Source: Bacteroidales bacterium | GTDB taxonomy: Bacteria > Bacteroidota > Bacteroidia > Bacteroidales > GCA-2748055 | Direction of reading: 5' to 3' | NCBI GenBank assembly: GCA_046485075.1 | Contig: JAWOHR010000088.1 | Coordinates: forward strand, 2,790-66,789 | DNA: 64,000 bases | In this document: positions 56,405 through 64,000 of the stretch, one piece after another | Position numbering within the stretch: position 1 is the first letter of the stretch | How the letters are laid out: each line of letters opens with the position of its first letter | Translations under genes and position numbers: made by a program | Notes under the pieces: generated by a model | What the model was told of the DNA's origin: nothing | The model's database searches: none | The model's input: only the letters and a program-made list of their open reading frames with translations

Positions 56405-58627
56405 CTATTGGCTTTGAATGATGAGTTTTCCTGAATATAGCTCCAGTCCGTTATAGATTGTATAAACGTAGATCCCAGGATTTACTTTCAGCTGATCGGT
56501 CTGAAAAGTTATATTCTTTTCAGGAATAAGAGATTCATTAGCCACAAGTCTGCCCAACTGATCGTAAAGTCTGAAGGTACCTGGATCTTTTTGATGCTCA
56601 TACCGGATTGAAAATTGACCCCTTGAAGGATTTGGAAACAGAGAGGGTTGATCTTCGAATGGAATCTCATCAACGCCTGAAGTGGCCAATAGTACATGCA
56701 ACCAAAATGCCTGATCCACATAGAACCATCCATCGGTTGCCCTGATCACGATATGGCTGTATCCCGCATTTTGAGCCTCCGGAATCCCGGCAATAAGTCT
56801 TGAATTGGGATAAAAGGTCATCCAATCAGGCATTTCGAGCACCAGATAATCAATTTCCTCACCATCGCCATCCTCCGCATTGAAAGGGTAAAAATAGGAT
56901 TCATGAACAACCACAGTATCTATAGGCTCAGTGGTAAATACAGGCGGATCATTTACAGGGTTTACTGTGACCAGCAGATTAAATACTGAACTCTTCGCTC
57001 CCAGTGGATCTTCAATATAGGTTTCAATATAGAGGTCCCCAAAATAACTGGGTTTGGGAGTAATCAGATTTCCATCGATTGTATAATTGCTGCCGGATTT
57101 CATCACGATCTGAAGCTCAGAGCTATTGTGTTCTGCATCATGAACATCCATATCATTGAAACTCATCAGATAGGTTTCATTTTCATCGAAACTGATCTCC
57201 GACTGTCCGGAATAGACCGGTGGATCATTCATGGGATTAATTCGCACCAGGGCCTGGTAGATGGGTCCGGGACCGACCACATCACTTACTGAAACATTCA
57301 CCAGCAGATTTGAATCAAAATCTTTTTCCGGAACCACAATATTACCCGATTTCGCATAATGCAGACCTGGCAATACGTTTAGAACCTGGTCATCGGGTGA
57401 CTGATCCGGATCGGGGTCATACACTGTAAAATCTGAAAGATACAATTCAATGCTCATGTCCTCTGTGGTCACCAGCTCTTTTTGCCCGGTAATTACCGGT
57501 GGATCATTCATTGGATTGATACGGAATATGACTGTATCAGATGCGGATTGCTTAAACTTCCCATTCACACCCTGGTCGGTAACTGTAAAGACAATAGGCT
57601 CCACACCTGTCCAGTTGGGATTCAAAATGGTGACAGAGGCTTCCCTGTTTTGGTTAATCACCACATTAAGGTTGTTGGTCGATAAATGAGTGGCAATCCA
57701 TGTCAGGTCCGAATCGGGATCCTCGAGATCAGACACATAATTGTCCAGGGGGATCACAGCAAATGATCCTCCCTCCGAAATGGCCTGGTCCGGGATTGGA
57801 CACAGTACGGGTAATGTATTAATATTGCTGGTAATCTTATCATACCAAAGGGCTGCCATTTTTCCATATCCATTGCTGTTAAGGTGGATTCCTTCAGGAT
57901 CGCCGGCATAAAAATCTTCGTTGGTATAAACAATCCCTGCATCATGCTCCATATCCACAATCACAATTTTATCTCCGTTATTGATCCTTGCCTGGGCCAT
58001 GGATTCCAGGAAAGCATTCCAGTTAATGGTGGTCTGACAACCCGATCCAGCAATACAAGGTAACCTGCGGTTAATGATCAGTGCCAGGAAAACGATGACC
58101 TCCTTACCTGCCCTGATTTCATATTGATCAATCAGGTTAAGGATTGCTGACACCCTCTGGTTTGCGATGAGGTCCGACTCATGTGTGACATCATTGGTAC
58201 CAATATGCAGCAGGATGATATCCGGATTGTAAACATCCAGGTAAGGTTGTGGTGGATTCAGGATTTGAATCCCGTGCCGCAAATCATATCCATCAATCAG
58301 TAGCCTTTCTACATACTGATCTCTTGAGCCGCTGATTCCGGCATGCTGGCAATCAGAGAAATAAGCACTCCCATTGGATTGACTTCCTACAAAGTCCACA
58401 TTATAACCACCCTGCTGTAACAGGTACTTTAAGCCATAACGATATCCAATCAGCCCCTCAGGCGGAAGTTGTAAGGAGGGATTTGGTTCTCCGTTTTCAC
58501 CAACAGTCAATGAATTGCCCAAGGCCATAATCCGAAGAGCTCCCTGTCCTGAACCTGCCATATGAATACTTAACATAAGTACCACTACGATCATCCATCG
58601 CCAATATTCTGATCTATCAAGCCTCAT
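56405..58627 (-). CDS. T9SS-secreted SGNH/GDSL hydrolase fused to cadherin-like repeats
   Basis: 740 aa. Signal peptide, SGNH blocks (IMALGNSLTVG, HIGTNDV, GIHLN), three NDPPV-delimited cadherin-like modules, a Cadg-like module (MPDWMTF...IAGIP), and a CTD (LFPNPSRGQFSIRY...LIIQSQ). Confidence 0.75.
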   Translation of the reverse strand: MRLDRSEYWRWMIVVVLMLSIHMAGSGQGALRIMALGNSLTVGENGEPNPSLQLPPEGLIGYRYGLKYLLQQGGYNVDFVGSQSNGSAYFSDCQHAGISGSRDQYVERLLIDGYDLRHGIQILNPPQPYLDVYNPDIILLHIGTNDVTHESDLIANQRVSAILNLIDQYEIRAGKEVIVFLALIINRRLPCIAGSGCQTTINWNAFLESMAQARINNGDKIVIVDMEHDAGIVYTNEDFYAGDPEGIHLNSNGYGKMAALWYDKITSNINTLPVLCPIPDQAISEGGSFAVIPLDNYVSDLEDPDSDLTWIATHLSTNNLNVVINQNREASVTILNPNWTGVEPIVFTVTDQGVNGKFKQSASDTVIFRINPMNDPPVITGQKELVTTEDMSIELYLSDFTVYDPDPDQSPDDQVLNVLPGLHYAKSGNIVVPEKDFDSNLLVNVSVSDVVGPGPIYQALVRINPMNDPPVYSGQSEISFDENETYLMSFNDMDVHDAEHNSSELQIVMKSGSNYTIDGNLITPKPSYFGDLYIETYIEDPLGAKSSVFNLLVTVNPVNDPPVFTTEPIDTVVVHESYFYPFNAEDGDGEEIDYLVLEMPDWMTFYPNSRLIAGIPEAQNAGYSHIVIRATDGWFYVDQAFWLHVLLATSGVDEIPFEDQPSLFPNPSRGQFSIRYEHQKDPGTFRLYDQLGRLVANESLIPEKNITFQTDQLKVNPGIYVYTIYNGLELYSGKLIIQSQ

Positions 58628-58658
58628 CGATTTCTGAAAATTGAATTTAACCTATGAA

Positions 58659-58690
58659 TTAGGGACTCAATCGGATGATTGAGTCCCTAA
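58659..58690 (-). terminator. perfect 14-bp stem / 4-nt loop hairpin between two T9SS cargo genes
   Basis: ttagggactcaatc-ggat-gattgagtccctaa, read directly. It lies 27 nt after the stop at 58717 and 32 nt before the ATG at 58627. The trailing tract on the minus strand is only moderately T-rich. Confidence 0.6.
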
Positions 58691-58716
58691 ATTACATTTA
58701 CTCTGATATAATTTTC

Positions 58717-61700
58717 CTATTCCGCAACCAGGAATTTCAAAGTCTGGTTCAGCTTGCTGTTACGAAGCACGCAATAATAGGAGCCGTTGCCTAAATCTGA
58801 AATATCAATACTGTGTTTATCAACACTCACCGGAATATTCACGGTTTTTACCAGTGTTCCACTGTTACTGAAGATATGAGCTGTGGTAGCCTCTGTCAGT
58901 GTTTCAAACTCCAGATGCAGGACTTCTGCGGCAGGAGAAGGATAAATGGTGAACCTTTGTCCAATTTGATCCTCAATTCCCTCCGGGAAGTCAACCAGGA
59001 GTATAAAACTTTGCTCCACGGAAACAATTCCATCGCTCACACTTAGAATCACCAGAGTTTCGCCAGCATCACTATCTCTGGGTGTTCCATTTAAAATGGC
59101 ATTGGATTTAATAAAAGTTGCCCAGGTTGGTATATTAACGGCGGAGTACTCCAGATTATCCCCATCTGCATCAATGGCTTCGATCGAATATACATACAGT
59201 TTATTTACAACAGCATCGTAAACCGGTACAGAAACAACTTCGGGCGGGTCATTCACAGAATTTACTGTAATCGTAGCATTAAACACATTACTTTCTGCTT
59301 CCGAGTCTCTTACGATTACAGGCACTGTCAAAATCCCATAGAAATTGGCGTCCGGGGTTACCCTGGTACCATTTATACTGTAATCGTTTCCGGCAAGTAC
59401 AGTTAATGTAAGTTGCCCCATGCTGTTATCCGGATCAGTAACCATAAAGTGACTAACCGCCAAAGTAATGGGTTCATCCTCATCAATGGTGATGGTATTC
59501 TGACCTGTAATCACCGGAGGATCATTGATGGCTGTCACCTGAAGGGTGTATGCTTCATGGATCTGAACGGTTCCATCACTGATCATTATGTCAATGGCAT
59601 GATCCCCTGTGTTTGCATCCATTGGTGTTCCCGTTAGCGTGGCTACCCTTGTACCTGCTGTCCAGTCGAAGGTCAGCCAGGTTGGGACAGAAACAGCAGT
59701 CATTGTGATCACATCTGAGGGGTCAATGTCCTCTACAGTAAGCGTGTAGGAGTAAGGGACTTTCTCAGCCACAATCTCGGATGGAGTGCTGGTGATCACC
59801 GGCGGATCATTCACATTCTGAACATTGATCACGAACACCTGGTCCACCTGGGCTTTTCCATCCTCCACCCTGAGGGTCACGTTTGCGGGAATTCCTACCT
59901 CACTGTTACGGGGAGTGCCTGTAAGCAACCCTGATTTTTGTCCGGGTGCTGTACTGAAAGTCAACCAATCGGGTTTGACCACAGCAGTAAGGATAAGCGG
60001 ATCCCCGACATCCACATCATCAATATTAATCTGGTAGGAATAGAAAAGGTCCTGAGTAGCAGATGTCACCGGTTCAGAGGTAAATACCGGAGCATAGTTA
60101 CCGGGAGAACAATGCCCGACTGGTTCACCCATATTATAAAAATTAAATGCATCCTGGCTGCTTAGTGCAGAATAAAATATTCCCACCTCGTCAAGTTCAC
60201 CAGAGTAATGATACTCATTGGTAGCACGTTTCCAGTAACCGACCGTGATTGGAGTGGGCAGATCGGCCTTAAACGAATTGGCATAATTGGTGGAAACAAT
60301 TGCCGCTTCGGCTCCGTCTACATATAAAATGTTCTGTTGACCTGATCCATTGCGGACAGCAATCACATGGTGCCATTGGTTATCAAAAAGATAGGGGCCT
60401 CCCGAAATCTCAAAATTTTTAGGGATGGCATTGTTATCGGTTAAGGAGAAGGTAGCTTCTCCGCTTGAGTTCACTCCGACCCAAAATTTAGCCTTGTCTG
60501 GAAAATCTTCGGCTGCCCTGTGCCTTCCGACAATTACCTGGGTGGCTACGTTGGATGTTTTCATCCAGAATTCAACGGACCAGTTGGCATTATAATTCCA
60601 GTCAAACTCATCAGCGTTATCAGGGATATCCAGTTTTGTGGTTGAATTAAATAACTGTCCTCCATTTACAATCCCTGCTGTGGCGGATGGGGAGACCAAA
60701 GCAGTTGCATTATGTGCTCCATAGAAATCGGCATATTCCGGTCCTGAAGACTCATCAAGTTTTAATAATACTCCAAGTCCGGGAGGACAATCAGGGGCCT
60801 CGGCAATAAAAATCCTGAAACTTTGTGTATCTGCAGGAGGTACATTGTTATTTGCCCGAATAGATACATACCCGTCATCAGAGGTGCTGGCAGGCATCCA
60901 TGAGATCTGCCCGGTAATTTCATCAATGACCATTCCAGTGGGTTTCTGCAGAAGTGTATACCTCATATTGGTCTGCTGACCCGTGGCGCGAACCCTGTAG
61001 GAATACGATGAATTAACGGTTGCCTTCAATTCCGGGGCAGAAATGATTGAAGGAGCCAATCCGTCGCAATAACCGATCCCGTTTTCTCCATTCAATTTAT
61101 GCGCTGAAATTTCAGCCGAAGTAAGGGCCCGGTTATAAATGGCCACCTCATCCAGGCTTCCTGTATAGAAGTAGGCAGGGATACCGGAAGCATTGTTATG
61201 ACAACCCATGGTTAATGCTCCGTTAGAAATAAAACTTCCTGTATAGTTATACACAACTGAAGCAGCCATGGATCCATCCACATAGAGGTAGTTCCCATTG
61301 GTATTCTCATCTCTGATGGCTACAATATGCCTCCACTGATTATTGGCAATGCTTGAACTACTGATAATCTCCTTATATACTCCGTCGCTGGCCTGAACTT
61401 CAAATATAACACGCCCGGTACTATTGAGCCCAACGAACCAGTAGGCTCCCGCTGAATTGGAATCACGTTTGCCCACGATTACCTGGGTACTTCCGGTGGC
61501 AGCTGCCACTTTAATCCACAATTCAATGGTAAAACTTCCCCCCAGGGGAAAAGCAAAGTCGGAATGACTACTTACACTGGCCGATTTTGCTCCGTCAAAA
61601 TATTTGGCATTCCCAACCCTTCCATCCACCACATTTGTCAGGATGGAAGAACTGGTTGCATCGTGCACACTGATGAAATCGCTGAGGATGGTGGTATTGA

Positions 61701-61815
61701 CCTCCTCGAACTTCCAATAGGCTTTCATATCACTGGGACAAGTCTGTGCCATTAAAGCTCCAATGCCCGCAAATAACATCGTCACCATGGTTGATAATAG
61801 AAATGTTTTTCTCAT
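58717..61815 (-). CDS. T9SS-secreted protein with two LamG (concanavalin-like) domains and cadherin-like repeats
   Basis: 1032 aa. Signal peptide and two LamG_3-type domains (FTIELWIK...W.HIVA.RD....LYVDG...G.LDEV.IY..AL(T/S)). Cadg-like modules (KPDWLTF, VPTWLTF, IPTWATF ... L.GTP), NDPPV-delimited modules, and a CTD (IYPSPAAEVLHLEF...KFLVAE). Confidence 0.8.
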   Translation of the reverse strand: MRKTFLLSTMVTMLFAGIGALMAQTCPSDMKAYWKFEEVNTTILSDFISVHDATSSSILTNVVDGRVGNAKYFDGAKSASVSSHSDFAFPLGGSFTIELWIKVAAATGSTQVIVGKRDSNSAGAYWFVGLNSTGRVIFEVQASDGVYKEIISSSSIANNQWRHIVAIRDENTNGNYLYVDGSMAASVVYNYTGSFISNGALTMGCHNNASGIPAYFYTGSLDEVAIYNRALTSAEISAHKLNGENGIGYCDGLAPSIISAPELKATVNSSYSYRVRATGQQTNMRYTLLQKPTGMVIDEITGQISWMPASTSDDGYVSIRANNNVPPADTQSFRIFIAEAPDCPPGLGVLLKLDESSGPEYADFYGAHNATALVSPSATAGIVNGGQLFNSTTKLDIPDNADEFDWNYNANWSVEFWMKTSNVATQVIVGRHRAAEDFPDKAKFWVGVNSSGEATFSLTDNNAIPKNFEISGGPYLFDNQWHHVIAVRNGSGQQNILYVDGAEAAIVSTNYANSFKADLPTPITVGYWKRATNEYHYSGELDEVGIFYSALSSQDAFNFYNMGEPVGHCSPGNYAPVFTSEPVTSATQDLFYSYQINIDDVDVGDPLILTAVVKPDWLTFSTAPGQKSGLLTGTPRNSEVGIPANVTLRVEDGKAQVDQVFVINVQNVNDPPVITSTPSEIVAEKVPYSYTLTVEDIDPSDVITMTAVSVPTWLTFDWTAGTRVATLTGTPMDANTGDHAIDIMISDGTVQIHEAYTLQVTAINDPPVITGQNTITIDEDEPITLAVSHFMVTDPDNSMGQLTLTVLAGNDYSINGTRVTPDANFYGILTVPVIVRDSEAESNVFNATITVNSVNDPPEVVSVPVYDAVVNKLYVYSIEAIDADGDNLEYSAVNIPTWATFIKSNAILNGTPRDSDAGETLVILSVSDGIVSVEQSFILLVDFPEGIEDQIGQRFTIYPSPAAEVLHLEFETLTEATTAHIFSNSGTLVKTVNIPVSVDKHSIDISDLGNGSYYCVLRNSKLNQTLKFLVAE

Positions 61816-61862
61816 GTTTAAAGGTTTTATTGATTTGCTGTTTTGATTAATTTCCTTCGTCT

Positions 61863-61870
61863 CAAAATTA
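61863..61870 (-). promoter_or_regulatory. candidate -7 box TAATTTTG at head of the long minus-strand gene array
   Basis: The reverse complement of caaaatta matches TAnnTTTG, 48 nt upstream of the ATG at 61815. Confidence 0.35.
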
Positions 61871-62155
61871 GTTATTTAATGTTTGTGCATGGTTTGGCAT
61901 TTGATCAACTACAATGAATAATTGATAGATTCACCATTCACTTGCTTCTCTTACGTGGTTGCCTCAATTTTATATAATTCTTTTTGACAAAAAATCATAA
62001 AATCCTGTTCAATGACCTCTTTTTAAAGACAAATATTTCTTTTATCATCCTCCTGTCAGCGTGATTCAGGGTTGGGAAATTTTTGCTTACAGAACTCAAT
62101 TCATATATACTTGTTTTTAGAAAAAATGTTGCATATTGCTTTCAAAAAAAGTTAC

Positions 62156-63190
62156 ATGAAGGCTTTTTCATTAGGATCTTTGATTGTATTCTCATTACTA
62201 CTGGCCTGCGACAGTAAGAAAACAAACTCATATTCAAGCGACTACTACCCTCCTTCTACAGTCTCTCCCCAGGCCCGGGATGCCATTACTTCGTTTAAGT
62301 TCAAAGAACGCAATTACTGGCCGGAAGCAGATGATTTTGAACGCTGGAGGGATTATTGGGAACACAATGAAAAGGCATGGTCCTCTTACAACGATTCCAT
62401 TGTTGGTCTTTATAATCCGGACCTGAATGATACCGTTATTGGCGGAGTTCCGGTCATTGACATCAAACCCAAGGGATGGATTGATAATGGTAAAGTACTG
62501 ATATACAGCCATGGAGGTGCATATGTCCTGTTCAGTGCCAGGAGTACTTTGATGGGGTCGGTACCGGTGGCAGAGAGGTTATCCATCCGGGTGATCTCCA
62601 TCGACTACACCAATCCACCTGTGGCCAGATCCTCTGAGATACTCAACCAGATTATTTCAGTGGTCAGATCCTTGATTGAAAGCGGCTACAACTTACGTGA
62701 TATTGGAATGTATGGTGATTCTGCTGGTGGTGCACTTACCGCCGGGTCGGTGCTGAAGATGCGCGACCAGGGAATGGGGATGCCGGGGGCTGTGGTACTC
62801 ATTTCTCCCTGGGCAGATATTACACAGTCGGGGGATACCTATGAAACCCTAAAGAATGCAGATCCCATCCTGAATTACGAATTTTACCTTAGTCAGGCAT
62901 CACTGGCCTATGCAAACAAGGAAGATCACAAGACACCCTATGTTTCTCCGGTGTATGCAGATTATCGCAAGGGATTCCCTCCCGTAATGATTCAGGGCGG
63001 GACAAAAGAGATCTTTTTAAGTAGTTTTATTCGACTTTACCAGGCTATGGATCAGTCAGGTATAGAGGTGAAACTTGATTTATATGAAGGTATGTGGCAT
63101 GTATTCCAGGAGATCAACTTTGACCTTCCGGAGTCGGTAATCGCTCATCAGAAAATGGATGCCTTTTTCAGGGAACATCTGAACTATTAG
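62156..63190 (+). CDS. alpha/beta hydrolase (HSL-type esterase/lipase), probable lipoprotein
   Basis: HGGAY oxyanion motif, nucleophile elbow GDSAGG, and lipobox-like LLLAC after MKAFSLGSLIVFS. The ORF track start at 62072 is TTG, so the ATG at 62156 is preferred. Confidence 0.8.
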   Translation: MKAFSLGSLIVFSLLLACDSKKTNSYSSDYYPPSTVSPQARDAITSFKFKERNYWPEADDFERWRDYWEHNEKAWSSYNDSIVGLYNPDLNDTVIGGVPVIDIKPKGWIDNGKVLIYSHGGAYVLFSARSTLMGSVPVAERLSIRVISIDYTNPPVARSSEILNQIISVVRSLIESGYNLRDIGMYGDSAGGALTAGSVLKMRDQGMGMPGAVVLISPWADITQSGDTYETLKNADPILNYEFYLSQASLAYANKEDHKTPYVSPVYADYRKGFPPVMIQGGTKEIFLSSFIRLYQAMDQSGIEVKLDLYEGMWHVFQEINFDLPESVIAHQKMDAFFREHLNY

Positions 63191-64000
63191 TCGGTTCCGG
63201 AAAGCTCTATCTGCTCTTTGTAGAGTTTGAAGATCATCCGGTTTTCATCGAATTCCACATCGTCGAATGTAACCACTTTATCCTTGGGAATTTCCCTAAT
63301 CAATCTCACTCCACTTTCAGTCAGCCCTATGGGTAATAACTTCTCCTTCAAAACCACATCATTGTTTTCACATTCTCCATACAAGGTATAGAACCCCGGT
63401 CCGTCCAGCATCGCTCCGGCTTTCAGATCGGTTTTGGCCTTGGAGATCACCTCCACCACAGGAGCACCCTTTGGTTTCAGCACATGGTCCCTGAAATCGA
63501 CGACCCTCGCAATGGAGGTTGGCACTTCGAATATGCAGAGATGATAAGGGGTATAAAAGCTATATAAGGGTCCTTTTCCGAGCTTATAATAGTCCAGGTG
63601 ATGCCTCGACAACTGATCTTCAATGGCGCCATATACAAAAACTGCAGGTCCGGGTTTTGCCCCAAGTGCGTAATCAATAATCCCTCCCAGTGCTTTCAGC
63701 TGTTCATAATTATACATGCCTGTCATTTCATCCACATGACCACTGAATTCATAACCAAGCATGCCACGTTTGGCCACCTTGAGCCCGGTACAGTTCGCAA
63801 CACATGCCTGTTCCATATTCATCTTGGTGCCATCTGCAAAACTGGTGGCCTTTTCGGGTCCCATGCCCCAGTATTTGGCAAACTCCTGCTGGGTAGTGGG
63901 ATTCCGGTAAGGATCCTGCAATCCCTTTATATTTCCGGCGAGCAAGGGTGTCAGACCCAGTCCCTGTACAAAACGGTACAGGTTCATGGTTACACCCGGC
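63187..64000 (-). CDS. C-terminal part of an NAD(P)-dependent oxidoreductase with SAF-like C-terminus (COG4091-like), 5' end outside the window
   Basis: The frame stays open upstream of the Met at 63987 to the window edge (..PGVT-MNLYRF). The family call comes from memory of the predicted homoserine-dehydrogenase-like family and is tentative. Confidence 0.45.
   Translation of the reverse strand, partial: PGVTMNLYRFVQGLGLTPLLAGNIKGLQDPYRNPTTQQEFAKYWGMGPEKATSFADGTKMNMEQACVANCTGLKVAKRGMLGYEFSGHVDEMTGMYNYEQLKALGGIIDYALGAKPGPAVFVYGAIEDQLSRHHLDYYKLGKGPLYSFYTPYHLCIFEVPTSIARVVDFRDHVLKPKGAPVVEVISKAKTDLKAGAMLDGPGFYTLYGECENNDVVLKEKLLPIGLTESGVRLIREIPKDKVVTFDDVEFDENRMIFKLYKEQIELSGTD

Noticed and set aside
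25920-61870. Interpretation of the AT-rich island as a mobile element (ICE, prophage or transposon).
   Set aside because: No integrase, transposase, relaxase, tRNA target or flanking direct repeats were seen in the window. Low GC is also typical of non-mobile glycan loci. Only horizontal origin, not mobility, is suggested.

Overview
The window looks like a Bacteroidota chromosome segment. This rests on six proteins ending in T9SS type-A sorting domains, TAnnTTTG -7 boxes upstream of several genes, and an S1 protein with the EDFDWDDF start. Positions 1-19.5 kb carry housekeeping genes: guaA, RNase Z, a STAS protein, rpsA, a translationally coupled sugar-nucleotide operon (ugd-uxs-rfbA-rfbC-rfbD-phosphosugar mutase), YjbQ, a secreted CotH kinase-like protein with EF-hands, an RRM protein, a B12/radical-SAM enzyme, an SF1 helicase and rsmD. 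Positions 19.5-25.9 kb hold a 2142-aa T9SS adhesin whose six FN3 modules are encoded by a 282-bp tandem DNA repeat. From about 25.9 to 61.9 kb the DNA is visibly AT-richer. This stretch is a composite surface-glycan island: a Wzx/Wzy polysaccharide locus with seven glycosyltransferases, an SDR, a Gfo/Idh/MocA oxidoreductase, a NodB deacetylase and an MBOAT plus AlgJ-like O-acetylation pair. Interleaved with it are five more T9SS cargo genes: CotH with 7 lamin-tail domains, discoidin/FN3/MBG, PL14-like/FN3/LamG, SGNH-cadherin and LamGx2-cadherin. The most unusual element is a pair of diverged paralogues of about 490 aa (26480..27955 minus, 39171..40640 plus). They look like Cys-less asparagine-synthetase/PP-loop enzymes with an altered T-A-G-K-D-S loop. 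I found no rRNA, tRNA, CRISPR array, transposase or integrase. All family assignments come from motif recognition by eye, since no searches could be run.
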